This document shows, piece after piece, positions 83,921-96,748 of a stretch of DNA of 248,000 nt (the stretch's first letter is position 1; every line of letters starts with the position of its first letter). A program made the translations under genes and the position numbers. The notes under the pieces were generated by a model, which was given only the letters and a program-made list of their open reading frames with translations, was not told the DNA's origin and made no database searches. The DNA comes from Wallemia ichthyophaga EXF-994 (Eukaryota > Fungi > Basidiomycota), in assembly GCF_000400465.1 (NCBI RefSeq), contig NW_008806280.1:20001-268000 (forward strand), given 5' to 3'.

Positions 83921-85005
83921 AGGAAATTTTAAAAGAAATTATTTCAAGTTATGAATCTGGGGAGAGTGGAGACGAGAATATATTGGATAAAGTCAACTCC
84001 ATCTTGTTTAGACTATCTGCAACTGCGAATACTTCCGATACACACGAGCATCACAGCGAACTCAGTTTAAATAGGTTGAGATATCTTATAGTCTATTATC
84101 TTCATCCAGAATTCATCTACAGTTCTAAATTTGGCAGTGTGGATTTCAGACAATCGAATCTATCGAAATGCCTCAATCTATACACTCAATTCACAGAATT
84201 GTTAGATTCAATTGGTTTTGATGGTATCACTATACACGGTGACTCCAAAGATCCTTCCACTCAGCGTGATTTAAAGATTCAGCGTTTTAAACAGCACAAA
84301 CGGTTGGAATCTGAGGTTTTGGAGTATAAAGAGTTGTTAGAAGATAAGCCTGATAGTGGCTTGTTTCATACCACCTTTAATTCATCTTCTCCCGCTCAGT
84401 CCACCAACCACAAGGACAGTGACGACGACGACGATGACGACGACGATATCCTCCGCGAATACCTCATCAGACTCCTTAAATACCTCTATTCGCTATCGCA
84501 ATCTCAAATCCATTCTATCCATGCTGAATTAGACCTCCTCAGCAACGTCAACAGCAACAGCACAACCGACACACGCACACGCACACAAACCCCTGCAAAC
84601 GATTCGACATGGAGATTGGACAGTGCAGTTAATGCACCCGCCAACAACCTCCTCGACAAAGAAGGCAGACCTACGCGACCATTCACGATAATGCCGCGCG
84701 GTACACACACTACACGACAGCAGATGGCAGATGGCGTGTTTCAACCCAGCCACCGTCTTCCTACAATGACCATTGACGAGTATCTCCAAGACGAGCAGGC
84801 TCGGGGGAATGTTATACAGGGGGGTGGACCTGCGAGTGAGAATCAACCAACTAGCAAGGAACAGCTCCAGCTAGACACTGAGCTCGATGGCACTCTCTTT
84901 GCTCAGCGTGCTCAGGATCAGCAGCGCGCTGACACGGAGAATTGGGCAAGGTATACCGAGGAGGTGGAGAAGGGAAGTGGCAATACTATGGCCAATAATG
85001 GGTAG
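83899..85005 (+). CDS. TAP42: PP2A regulator Tap42/alpha4
   Basis: KIQRFKQ; VFQPSHRLPTMTIDEYL; KGSGNT. Confidence 0.85.
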   Translation: MTCTIPTKEILKEIISSYESGESGDENILDKVNSILFRLSATANTSDTHEHHSELSLNRLRYLIVYYLHPEFIYSSKFGSVDFRQSNLSKCLNLYTQFTELLDSIGFDGITIHGDSKDPSTQRDLKIQRFKQHKRLESEVLEYKELLEDKPDSGLFHTTFNSSSPAQSTNHKDSDDDDDDDDDILREYLIRLLKYLYSLSQSQIHSIHAELDLLSNVNSNSTTDTRTRTQTPANDSTWRLDSAVNAPANNLLDKEGRPTRPFTIMPRGTHTTRQQMADGVFQPSHRLPTMTIDEYLQDEQARGNVIQGGGPASENQPTSKEQLQLDTELDGTLFAQRAQDQQRADTENWARYTEEVEKGSGNTMANNG

Positions 85006-85117
85006 AAGAAGTTATTTATAATGGACAATCGATCATCGATCATTAGTGTATCGTTTGTGTGCTTTGTGCAATTGAAAATCTTTCATCGAGTTGAGTGCAG
85101 TGCAGTATGAGTTGGCA

Positions 85118-85147
85118 CTCAGTCTCAGTCTCAGTCTCAGTCTCAGT
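85118..85147. repeat. (CTCAGT)5 microsatellite
   Basis: Read directly from the sequence. Confidence 0.85.
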
Positions 85148-85231
85148 TTTTATCTGTATGTTGTAGACTTGCTGCTCAAAATGCCTCGCAAATGGTAAAA
85201 TCCACTCTATTCTCTGTCTCAAACGATTCAT

Positions 85232-85570
85232 ATGTCAGAAACGCTGCACAACGAACTGTTACTTGCATTGAGTGAACAGTATAACCAGTCTCTAATATCC
85301 TCCTACACACCGATCGATACATGCACAGCGACAGTCGAGCTACTCGAGGGTGTCCAAGTGCGTGTACACATAACCCAATTTGGATATAGCCTGGGGGGCG
85401 GTGGTAGTAGTATTGGCAGTGATAGCAGCAGAAGCAGTAACACCAACACTACCAATCAATCAGAAGACTTAGAAGGCCTCTTACGCGGATGCAGTCCAGC
85501 ATTCAACCAACGCACCACAGCAATTCTGTTGGATAAACTCGATAAATTGGCTAAAGTACAACATAAATAA
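85232..85570 (+). CDS. GSKIP-like small protein
   Basis: ELLEG..V.ITQFGY; DLEGLLRGCSPAFNQR. Confidence 0.55.
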   Translation: MSETLHNELLLALSEQYNQSLISSYTPIDTCTATVELLEGVQVRVHITQFGYSLGGGGSSIGSDSSRSSNTNTTNQSEDLEGLLRGCSPAFNQRTTAILLDKLDKLAKVQHK

Positions 85571-85598
85571 AAAGCTTTCAAGTCATCACGTTATCAGG

Positions 85599-86484
85599 TC
85601 AAAATCCACCCAGCTCCCTCTCTAGCTCTGCCAATGCTTCGTTCTCCAGTGCATCCCTGTCTGCGTCCATCCCGCCCAGTTCATCATCTGGCGGTATGTC
85701 GTCTGGAATGTCATCGTGCGTGTCAGCCTTGTTACGCGGTGGCGGTGGCGGTGGTGATCGCGGTGGCGATGGCGATCTAAATAGGGCATCTTGTTGGTGC
85801 TTCTCTGATGCATTCTCATTGTCGTGTACCTTGTCGTGATCGTTCTCTCCCTCCCGCTCCAGCTCCACACCATCCACACCACCGACACCACCGACACCAC
85901 CGACACCCATTTCACCCCTTCTCAAAGCATCCTTCCACCCCTTTAAAGCAGCCTCCATACGACGCTGATGGCAAATCTTCTCCGTGCGTTCTACGACATC
86001 GCCGAACTGCAATTTAGGGAAAAGTTTATGTGTCCAAAGGTGGTATCTGGCGAGCAGCCTACGCAAATCGGCCCATTCGTGCCCCTTACCTGCGAATTTC
86101 CAGTGAGCGCTATCGTGCATGAGCGCAGGTAAACCGTGTGTGCCGAGGAGTCTGTTCGTTGGTGAGTGAGTCACTCAGACAGTACTCCCACTCCCACTCA
86201 CCTCTCTGCATCTATCTTGGCCACCACGCGTCTAGGTTTGCCTTGAACCGCGCCGTCGTCGTCGTCTTCTCCCCCGGCCGGCTGCTTGGCTGTGGCGAGG
86301 TCGTCGCCTATCGACTCGAATATATCGTCGACTGTTTGCTTGTGTGCGCTGTGGTCGTCGTGTGCTCTTTCATCCTCTCGATCGTTATCCACCTGTGTAT
86401 GCGTGCGCTTACGCGTGCTCGCCGGCGCAACAACGCGCTCCTCGGACATTTCGCGTGCAGGTCTGCGAGTCAGGTTAGGCGGTG
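85599..86484 (-). CDS. CSM3: Replication fork protection protein Csm3/Swi3/Tipin
   Basis: VAKIDAER; GKGHEWADLRRLL; WTHKLFPK. Confidence 0.82.
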
Positions 86485-86544
86485 CGTCAAAGTCGATGAA
86501 AGACATGATCGTGTGTGTAGTGTGTAGTGTGTTGGGAGTGAACG

Positions 86545-87132
86545 GTGAACACACCACGCACACCAATGAACACGGCGAAACTCAAGCAATTCGGTGAAGA
86601 GCAGTGGCGCGGGAAGGGCGACAAGATAAATGCGGAGCTTTTCGTGATGACTTATGGGGCACTGGTGAAGCAGCTGTGGGAGGACTACGAGGATATTGGC
86701 GCGGTTAATAGCGCACTGGATCGAATGGGATATGGAATTGGTGTGCGTCTGATTGAGGAGTTTCTCGCAAAACATAGCCCGGGTTTGGCTAAATGTAGGG
86801 TCTTCGCTGAGACAGCTGACGTTGTGGCTAGCGTGGGGTTCAAGGTCTTCCTGAATGCTAGCGTTGGAGTGTCGCATATCACCCACGATGAATACTCGCT
86901 CACTCTTCTCGATAATCCGCTTAATCAGTTCGTTGCCCTCCCCGATTCAGCTGTCGAGAAAGGCCTCCTTTACAGCAACATACTCGCAGGTTGCGTTCGA
87001 GGTGCGCTTGAAATGGTTAATATGCACACCGCTGTTACTTTCACAGAGGATGAACTACTCGGCCACCAACACACCACTATCAACGTTAAATTACTCAATT
87101 ATATCGATGAACATGTACCAGATGATGAATAA
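86545..87132 (+). CDS. BET3: TRAPP subunit Bet3
   Basis: KINAELFVMTYG; MGYGIGVRLIEEFLA; GCVRGALEMV. Confidence 0.92.
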   Translation: MNTPRTPMNTAKLKQFGEEQWRGKGDKINAELFVMTYGALVKQLWEDYEDIGAVNSALDRMGYGIGVRLIEEFLAKHSPGLAKCRVFAETADVVASVGFKVFLNASVGVSHITHDEYSLTLLDNPLNQFVALPDSAVEKGLLYSNILAGCVRGALEMVNMHTAVTFTEDELLGHQHTTINVKLLNYIDEHVPDDE

Positions 87133-87204
87133 ATGAATAAATGAATAAATGAATATAGAAATGAATTTATACCTTGGATATAAGATTGGATATATGGTTT
87201 GCAT

Positions 87205-87500
87205 TTAAACAACCACACAACATCCACCGCCTTGTGGTGCGTATGGGTCTTCTTTCTTATCGACAGGGCCCCAGACAGAGGGGATCTGAGGGGAGTGTGT
87301 TAGTGTGACTGTCATGAACTACAGCCTCCATAACTTACCAAATAATCCTTGGTGGAATTACAAAACCTAATTAATCCCTGACTCGCTTCGCTGACATTGA
87401 TCCGTGGACGCGCATAATCATCTTTAAGTCTCTGGTTGTGTTCGTTGAGGCGTCTAAGCTTTAATTCGCTCATACTTTGCTTGTGAGGTCTGCCTGTCAT
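87205..87500 (-). CDS. Heterotrimeric G-protein gamma subunit
   Basis: [17 protein letters not shown]; spliced end [14 protein letters not shown] (CaaX). Confidence 0.88.
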
Positions 87501-87584
87501 GACTTGATCACTCGAGTATTTAGGTGGCTCGTGGTGGCTGTTGTAATGAAACCAACGTGTATTCGAATACATTTGTCTAGACGC

Positions 87585-88388
87585 TTACATCTTCTTATAA
87601 GCCTTGTAGAGCATGCCACTCAACTCGGTCTGCTCAACTTCTTTCACTTTGCGCTCTCTCTTGAGCAACGCCTTTACCTCAGCCAACTCATCACGTAGAC
87701 TAGCAATGGTATTGTGCAACGAGGCTATTTCATTAACCTGTTTGCTGAAATGGTCAACGAGTATTTCTTCGCTGCTGTTGCGTCTGCGAGTGGGTTGAGC
87801 GGGTTTAGTGGGTTTTGTTGGGGTATTGATAGCATCAAAGAAATCTGATGAGTTTGATGGATTAGGAGAGTGCCTTAAGTGCCTTGATTGGTGTGTTTTT
87901 CTTGCCTTCTTTGGTGGCTGTGGCTGTAGCTGTGGCTGTGATGTGGACTGGCTATTGAGACATTTGGTGGGTGTGGCTGGAATATCCCACTCGCTTTGAT
88001 GTTTTCTTTTGTTTGTGCGTTGACCACCATCTACAATACTACCTCCCCCACTCGGGATATCAAACTCGGCGAGAACGTCGTCGTTGGTGTTAGTTGACCA
88101 GCTGCCCTTATTGTATTGATCATTTGCCATGATACAAGCTTGAATTATGTGTCTGCGGTTTGTTGTGCTCTGTACCTCGTCCAAGTGGCTATCAACGCAT
88201 TTCTCGAAATCAGCGAGCCAAAAGAAATACTGGCAATTGTCACTATCGCCAATTGAGCACCTATAAAACAACTCCTGTGGATGCCTTTGTGTATTGGCTC
88301 TAAGGAGAAGTACACGCTTATCGTGATTACAGAGCGGCCAACCGAGTTTATCTGTATGATTTATAGCCTGTAGCAATTTAATAGCCAT
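87585..88388 (-). CDS. GRF zinc-finger protein
   Basis: CNH..RANT..FYRC..CQYFFW. Confidence 0.65.
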   Translation of the reverse strand: MAIKLLQAINHTDKLGWPLCNHDKRVLLLRANTQRHPQELFYRCSIGDSDNCQYFFWLADFEKCVDSHLDEVQSTTNRRHIIQACIMANDQYNKGSWSTNTNDDVLAEFDIPSGGGSIVDGGQRTNKRKHQSEWDIPATPTKCLNSQSTSQPQLQPQPPKKARKTHQSRHLRHSPNPSNSSDFFDAINTPTKPTKPAQPTRRRNSSEEILVDHFSKQVNEIASLHNTIASLRDELAEVKALLKRERKVKEVEQTELSGMLYKAYKKM

Positions 88389-88446
88389 GAATGAATATTT
88401 TAAGTATCCCGGTTATCATCGCTGTTGGCTGCCAACCACCAGCACC

Positions 88447-88893
88447 AACACCACCATGGAAGCAGCCAGCCATACACGCAAGCAGCGTCTGGAAGCCTTG
88501 AATAATAGAACACACGGCACCGGCGAGCACATAGTTAAATTCAGAAACTACGATCCAACGAGTAGAGAGGTAAAGAAGGGCGATAACAGCCAGACCTCCG
88601 TCGACACAGTCGAATCCGCTGTCACTGGTTTAGTTGATTCTATCCTCGATAAAGATGAGGAGCTGCGTAATGAGGATTTGGATATCTTCAATATCGCACC
88701 AAAGAGACCAAACTGGGATATGAGGAGGCAATTGACCAATAAGATGTCTCTATTGAATAAGGCTGATCAGCTAGCTATCAATACACTGTTACGCAATAGA
88801 CTTTCTAATCCCAACGACAATAACGTAAACAACGGTGCTGCTTTAGCCAGTGCCTCAAACAAACTCATCCATTACTCAGACCAAGATGATTGA
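88447..88893 (+). CDS. Splicing factor Cwf18/CCDC12
   Basis: RKQRLEAL, KFRNYDP, IAPKRPNWD. Confidence 0.85.
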   Translation, partial: NTTMEAASHTRKQRLEALNNRTHGTGEHIVKFRNYDPTSREVKKGDNSQTSVDTVESAVTGLVDSILDKDEELRNEDLDIFNIAPKRPNWDMRRQLTNKMSLLNKADQLAINTLLRNRLSNPNDNNVNNGAALASASNKLIHYSDQDD

Positions 88894-88935
88894 TACGCGC
88901 ATTCTAACAATTCTAGCAATATATTTATTCTTTAC

Positions 88936-91314
88936 TTACATAGCCTGTCGACGTGACGTCATTTCTATCGACTGTATCACATCACCTGCTTTCATATCCT
89001 GAAAGTTTTCAAATCCCAATCCACACTCTAATCCTTTACCTGCGTGGTTGATATCCTTCTTGTGATGTTTGAAAGTATCCAATCTACCCGTATACACTGT
89101 CTCACCACCTCTGATCACTCTCACACTCCCCTGTCTTGTGATATTTCCATTCCCTACTCTGACTCCAGCCACCCGCTTGAATGTACGACCTTTGACGTTG
89201 ATATCGAACAACTCCACCACGCTAGCCTCACCCAGTACTCTCATTTCCGTTATCGGTGGGAGTAGTTCACTGACGCGTACCTTCATTTGATCTAGCAATC
89301 GGTATATTACCCCATCCACCGTCAGCTGTACATTCGACATGGCTGCTGTGTTCATTATACTGCGTGTGGCTTTAACGTTGAATCCTACGATAGATGCTGA
89401 TGTGTGTGTTAACATTTCTACCTCGTTTCAATGACGCTAGCGATAACAATAACGCTAACACTCCAACCCACCTTCACCTGCCACTGCTCGCGTTATATCC
89501 GAATCACTTATATCACCCACCCCACTCGCAACGACTTTGACACGCGCGTGTTCGTTGCCGATATCTTCCAACGCCGCTACGAATGCCTCCACTGTGCCGC
89601 TGACGTCACCCTTGACAACGACATTGAGGTATTTAGTGGGTGTTTGTGCAGTATCTTGGGCGTTCTCCGCGTTATCATCGTGGCTAATTCCATGGGTGGT
89701 TTCGTTAGCATTCTCTCTCAGCTCACGATGAGCGAGGCGCTTATCGTTGATAACCTCGAGCTCGGCCATAGTTTTGAGGCGGTGCATAGCATCCACACGA
89801 TTAGATACAGCCCGTTTAGCCTCATCTTCGCCGGTAGCTTCGAGGACCTCATCGCCCGCTTTAGGCAGGTCCTTCCACCCAGCGACGACAACGGGAAGGC
89901 CAACCTGAGCGCTCTTGACAGTTTCCCTCTTATCGCTCTCCATCTGTCTCACTTTACACCACGTCGCGCCACCCACAACGCACGCGCCTGCTTGGAGTAC
90001 GCCACGCGTGACGAGCACAGTAGCGAGATTACCCCGCCCTTTATCGACGCGGCTCTCCAACACCACACCGTGAGCGCGGCCCGTCATCTCCGAACGCAAA
90101 TCCTGCATTTCGCTCAGTGCGGCAATCGTATCAGTCAGCTCGGCCATTCCACGCCCACTGCGAGCTGATACTAACACGGCTGGCGTCTCGCCACCGAACT
90201 CCTCCAGCGTGACTCCATTCGCGAGGAGATCATACTTGATCGCTGTCGTATCTACACCTGCCTTGTCGCATTTGGTGATGGCTACGATCACACCGAGGTT
90301 GGAGCGCGTGCATAACTCAATCACCTCCTTTGTCTGCGGCATCACTCCGTCGTCCGCGGCTACCACAACCACCGCTATGTCCGTCACACTCGCACCGCGT
90401 GCGCGCATGTTTGTAAAAGCTGCATGGCCAGGTGTATCGAGGAAAGTGATGCTGTTGGGTGAGTCTGTTGTCGGTGTGGTGGTGCTGCCACTACTGCCGC
90501 TGCTGTTCGTGTTGGTGCTCAAGCTCGACACAGCCACGGAAAAGGCACCTATGTGCTGGGTAATGCCACCCGCTTCCGAGGGTGCAACAGCTGCAGATCT
90601 GAGCCTATCGAGCAGGGTAGTCTTGCCGTGATCTACGTGACCCATAATAGTGACGACGGGTGGACGCAGAGGGAGAGAGTCGGGTTCAGAATGTGGTGGG
90701 GAAGGGTACAGGTCGAATGCCCTCTCCTCATTCTGCACAGGTTCCAAACCACACTCCATAGCGAGGAGAGACGCGTCTTCAGATACGAGCACCCTGTCGT
90801 ATTGCATATTGTCCAGCCCGGAATGTATCATTATCCGCTGTAGCTTGTCGAGGCGCATGTTGAATAGCCTGCTTAGGTTCGCTACGGATATGAATGCTGG
90901 GATGAATACTTGACGTTTGGCGGGTGCTGGTGCTTTATTGGGTGGTTTGGATGTGTTCTTCTTCTCCTTGGACTTGGTCGGCGCGTGTGCTGCCTGCTTC
91001 GACTTTGTCTTCTTCCAAGCCGATGGGTCTACATCGCCACTCAGCAGCGAACTCCTGCCGGATTTCTTCTTGTTCGCTGGTATTGGTTGGGTTTTGGTTT
91101 GTGGAGAGGTGGTATTGGGATTGCTAGTGGGATTACTAGTAGGATTACTAGTAGCCTTGCGAGTGTCCTTGCCATTGGCCTTGCTTGTAACCTCAGGAAC
91201 TTTGAAATCAACCGGCCTAGCCCATTTATTGTGGAAAATAGAAGCTGTGTTTATATTTCTATGGCTATTTACCAGCACTCTCCTTCGCAGCACCCACATG
91301 ACGGTCACAGACAA
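88936..91314 (-). CDS. IFM1: Mitochondrial translation initiation factor IF2
   Basis: GHVDHGKTT, GGITQHIGAF, LDTPGH, KGDVSG. Confidence 0.92.
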
Positions 91315-91329
91315 AGAGATTAAATTTAC

Positions 91330-92809
91330 ACTTAAGACATTGTAACATCTACAATTATCGTAGCCAAACCGAGTATTATCTCAACCACTATCAGCCATAT
91401 CACGATCCTCTCGAGTCCTTCTGAGTGTCTGCTATACACGCTCTCTTTGAGCAGCCTGAGCAGATCCTGGAGAACTACAACACGCGTTATTTTGGTTATA
91501 CTTGTTGATATATATATTCACCCACCTTCCACTCGCGCATTCAACAGATCTATCCTCTGCCTCACCTCCAGATACTGCCTGAACGCAAGGTACAGCGGCT
91601 CTAGATCGGGATATGTCCAGAACAGCTCTGGACTATCCAAAACTGATCCAACCACGTTGATATTCATCCGCAGTATGAATAATTGTCCCTGTATTCTCAC
91701 TTAGTATTCCCTCATGAAAATATTCAAAACACCCTCACTATCTGCATCATTATCACTTTCCTAGGCATACCTATCTTTCCCGACGCTGCAATGTCCTGTG
91801 GTATATCCTTTGTCTGTTCAATTGTCGCCGATATCAGTTCCTCGAAGAGTGATATTTTCACGCTCTGTGCTAGTGCATGAGACAGTGCCAATTTGGTCCT
91901 ACAGATTGTTAAAAGGTTTATTTAGCAACTTGAGACCCACATAAATGATGATCCACGTAGCAAGGCAATCACATCATGGAAAATACGCGTATAATCGGCG
92001 TAGTAGAAGTTGAGATCCTCCATCTCGACATCCTCAGCAGCCAGTTTATCCACCTCGAAGCGTTTCAGCATAGAAAGTACTCGCCTCTCCATCGCCTCCT
92101 CCATGCCCCACATGACGACGACGCCCGTCTCGGAAAAGAAGAAGACGTCTGGGGTGTGTGCGCCGAGTTGGAAGCGCTGATAACGCGATGTTTTCCGATC
92201 GACGAGTTCTGGCACGCCGAGCAAGTCGGCTTCTGCGTCAGTGTGTGAGTGTGAGTGCGTGCTTGCGTTTGCGTGGGTGTGAGGCACGTAAGGCGTGTAA
92301 ATCACGTCATCGAACACTCTGGGATCGGTAGCGTGAGTGTATCGTCTAGATTCGAGATGTTTGAGTAGTTCTGGCTGACGATATGAGCTAGCAGTGCAAT
92401 AAGCCGTGACGCCTGCATTGGGATATTGTGAGCAAAGATGCGCAACTCTCTCCACCATATTCTACGTACGCGGCAACCTCTCTTTCTCCTTCTTGGTGAG
92501 CAGTCTCGCGTCTTTGCGCGGTGCACCTGCAGGTATCCTCGCTATCTGCTGGTAGACCTCGGGGGCAGGCGTGGCCAAGTCGTCGTCATCGTAGTTGTCC
92601 TCCTCCTCGTCATCCTCCTCATCGTCGTCGTCGTTGTCCTCCGAGTGCCTCTCGCCGTGTCCTGCCCCGCCCAGCTTCAACGACGGCTCCTCGGGCAGCA
92701 CTTTAAGCTTCTGCGACGCTTTCGTCGTCCGCTTCGCCCGCGCTTCCTGGGTCTTGGCGCCAGAGAAATGCTGGGGAAGACTTAGCTTGCGTGTGTTTGT
92801 CGGTGCCAT
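91330..92809 (-). CDS. RMD1: Rmd1/Sif2 (DUF155) protein
   Basis: TAYCTASSY; FSETGVVVMWG; LEVRQRIDLLNARV. Confidence 0.8.
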
Positions 92810-92847
92810 TTTGCGTTGGTGGTGATGGTGGTTGCGTCAGAACAACG

Positions 92848-94045
92848 ATGAGCGGATTATCGAGGATTCCACTGGAAAATCAACCACACGACTGCGTATT
92901 CTCGCCCAACTCGGATAACGTCTACGTCGGTCTCCTCACTGGGGAAATCAAGGGGTTCAGCTATACGGAACAAGGTTACGAGAGGAAACTGCGAGTGAGG
93001 CCGAGCAAGAAAAGCTGTCGTGGATTGGATGTGAGTGGAGACGGGAACACGCTCTACGCAGTCTCTAAGGATGGGTCGATGAGGTGGGTGTGTGTCGGTG
93101 GAAGCGAGAAGACACGACTTACACCGGCATTTCAGTCACATAGACGCAATCACCGGACAGACAGCCGCACACACGCAGAAGGCACACGGCGAGCCCATCA
93201 GTAGGGTCAAACTGACCATGCCAAACCTCCTCGCTACTGGCGACGACGAAGGCGTAGTGAAGCTATGGGACACGCGCAAACCCGAGCCACTGCGAGCATA
93301 CACGCACCACTTCGACTATATCTCAGATTTCCACTATGAAGATGCTGATAGAAAACTACTCTCTTCTTCAGCTGATGGAACACTGAGCGTTATTGACGTG
93401 CGCAATAACAAACCAGAGCCTGTGGGGCATAGCGAGGATCAGGAGGATGAGCTGCTCTCTATTGCCCCACTCGCAGGTACATCCAAGTACGCCGTCGGTA
93501 CACAGCTGGGTGTCCTCTCCATATTTAATAGCAAGCAGGGCTGGGGAGACTGTGTGGATCGGATACCAGGTCATCCTCAGTCTATTGACGCTCTCGTTAG
93601 CTTGGGCCAGTCTATTCTTGCTACTGGCTCGTCTGATGGTCTAATTCGCGTCATGAGCGTCTTGCCAACCAAATTCATGGGCGTTATTGGCGATCATGGA
93701 GAGTTTCCAATCGAGAGAATGAAACTTAGCGGCGATGGCAAGTGGCTCGCGTCCATGTCGCATAATGAAGAACTCATGATGACTAGAGTCGATGATATGT
93801 TTGAGGATAGCGATGGTGAGGATGACAAGGAGGATATGGAGGGAGTAGAGGGTGTTCAGAGTGGTGAAGATGCTGAAGATGCTGAGGATGCTGAGAACAC
93901 AGCCACCGCTACAGCCACCGCACCAGACTCAGACTCAGATTCAGACTCAGACACCCCACAACAACCACAGCCGATCAAGAAGAGCAAGAAGAGCAAGCAG
94001 AATAAGCAATTTATACAAGATGAAGACTTTTTCGATGGATTGTAA
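92848..94045 (+). CDS. WD40 protein WDR55/Jip5
   Basis: TGDDEGVVKLWD; SEDQEDELLS; GSSDGLIR. Confidence 0.8.
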
Positions 94046-94209
94046 ATTTTCACTCTGTATCAGATGTATTATTGAGAAATACGCGTAGAAATGGACATAT
94101 AAATGCACATACACATAGTACATGGAGTGACGCGTCTTTAATACAGATTCTTTTGATAGCTCATCTCACCACGCGTCTCGCGAATACCATCATCATCACC
94201 GATAACGCC

Positions 94210-96644
94210 ATGGCAACGAACCAGCCACAGATAAACATAAGCTATGATGATGAACAGAGTGAGTATGGCGTGTGTGTTATATCCCCTCTTATCACTGTCC
94301 CCAGATAAGGCAGAGGATTTCCTTGGGAAGCACAAAGCAAATGAGCGCGAGCAATCTGACGCGACGCTATTGGCTGGGATGGAAGATGTGAACATGTATG
94401 GTTCAAGCACAGCCAATCCGGGCAATCCACCCAGCGGTCTCAAATACATGGATCAGCTCGTGCGTCTTGGGCGTACACGCGCACCACTCTAACACACCCA
94501 CAGCAACGGATTTCAAACAGACTACAAGAGGAGCTCGTCATTGATCTTGAGGACGTGGCTAGTGTGAGTATTCGCCTTTCACCGCCCGCTCCACTCACTC
94601 TCAGCAGCACCAAGGCGGCCCCAGCCTCGTACATAGCATCACAAACAACACGCGCCGCTACATTGACATTTTCAGTAAAGCGGTCGACAAGCTTATGCCG
94701 CAGCCTACGCTCGACATTTCCAGCAAAGACGACGTTCTCGACACTATCGCCCACCAGCGTCGCCAGAAGCAGTCGGAGAATGAAGAATCTGGCATGCAGG
94801 GTTTCCCTGAGCAGATTATGCGTCGCTACAACCTCTACTTCAAGCCACGCAACGCTGCCCCTCTTCTCGCCGTGCGCACCATCCGCGGTGCAGACGTCGG
94901 TAAATTGGTAACCGTTAAGGCGATAGTGACGCGCGTATCGGAAGTGAAGCCATGCCTCAAGTTCAACGCATACACCTGCGACGCGTGTGGACATGAGATT
95001 TTCCAAGAAATCACCTCGAGACAATTCACTCCGATCACCGACTGTGTGTCTTCTGACTGCCAGATCAACCAGACGAAGGGATCGCTACATCAACAAACAC
95101 GTGCATGTCGCTTCATGGCGTTCCAAGAAGTCAAGGTGCAGGAAATGGCAGAACAGGTCCCTGTCGGACATATACCGCGCACAATGACCATTCATATGTA
95201 TGGGAATCTCGCTCGCACCGTTAATCCAGGTGACGTTTGCCATATCGCTGGTATTTTCCTTCCTCAGCCTTACACAGGCTTTAGGGCTATACGCGCTGGT
95301 CTCCTCCAAGACACTTACCTCGAGGCGCAGTATGTCCACCAGCTCAAAAAGCAGTACGACGAAATGGAATTGACCCCCGAGATCGAGGAAAAGATTGCTG
95401 AACTCACCCAGGATCCTTCCCTCTATTCCAAGCTTGCCAATTCGATAGCTCCAGAAATATACGGCCACGACGACGTAAAAAAAGCTCTGCTCTTGCTGCT
95501 CGTTGGTGGTGTAACTAAGGGGATGGGAGACGGGATGAAAATACGTGGAGACATTAATGTGTGTCTGATGGGTGATCCAGGTGTAGCCAAGTCGCAGCTC
95601 CTCAAGTACATATCCAAGATAGCACCTCGCGGGGTGTACACAACGGGACGCGGTTCCTCTGGAGTAGGATTGACAGCGGCGGTGATGCGCGACCCCGTCA
95701 CCGACGAGATGGTTCTTGAAGGCGGTGCACTCGTCCTAGCCGACAATGGTATCTGCTGCATCGATGAGTTCGACAAGATGGAAGAGATGGATCGTACAGC
95801 CATCCACGAAGTGATGGAGCAACAAACTATATCTATCTCAAAAGCAGGCATCACGACTACCCTTAACGCCCGCACATCAATCCTCGCAGCTGCCAACCCA
95901 CTCCTCGGACGTTACAACCCCAAGATATCCCCCGTAGACAACATCAACTTGCCCGCTGCACTGCTATCGCGTTTCGACATACTCTTCCTCATGCTCGACT
96001 CACCCAGTCGCGAGGCGGACGAGCGACTCGCGCAGCATGTCACCTACGTGCACATGCACAACCAGCATCCACAAATAGAACATGAGCCTGTAGATCCGGT
96101 GATAATGAGGCATTACATCGCTCTCGCTCGTCAGAAACGTCCTGTCGTACCCCAGGCGGTGGCTGAGTATCTCACCGGCACTTACGTTCAGTTGCGCAAG
96201 GCGCAGAAGGAGGATGAGTCCGGTTTTACTTACACCTCAGCACGTACCCTCCTTGGCGTTCTTCGTCTCTCACAGGCCCTCGCTAGGTTGCGCTTTGCTG
96301 ACGTCGTTGAGCCCGCTGATGTGGACGAGGCGCTTCGTTTACTAGACGTTTCCAAAGCCTCCCTTTACGATAGTAAGGATGGAAATCGTGCAGAGAATGA
96401 TATGTCGGCTACTTCTAAAATCTGGCGCATTATTCGCGATCTTAGACGCATTAATGCCGCTGGTAGAGAGGGCGATGGTGACGATGACCTCCTTCAACTT
96501 AATCTCCGCCAGGTTAGAGATAGAGTGCTAGCTAAGGGCTTTACAGAGGATGCGCTTATGGATACTATCAACGAGTATGAACGTCTCGATATCATTCAAA
96601 GAGTCGCTGGCGGTACTCAGATACGCTTCGTCGATGAATTGTAG
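94210..96644 (+). CDS. MCM7: Replicative helicase subunit Mcm7
   Basis: [29 protein letters not shown]. Confidence 0.93.
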
Positions 96645-96748
96645 GAGCGCTTTGCTTCGGTGTTGTTGTAGTCATAGTTCTTGTCACAGTCACTCTGATT
96701 CGTCCAATGTAATATAAGTTATATAAATTAATCAAATTAATCTTATGT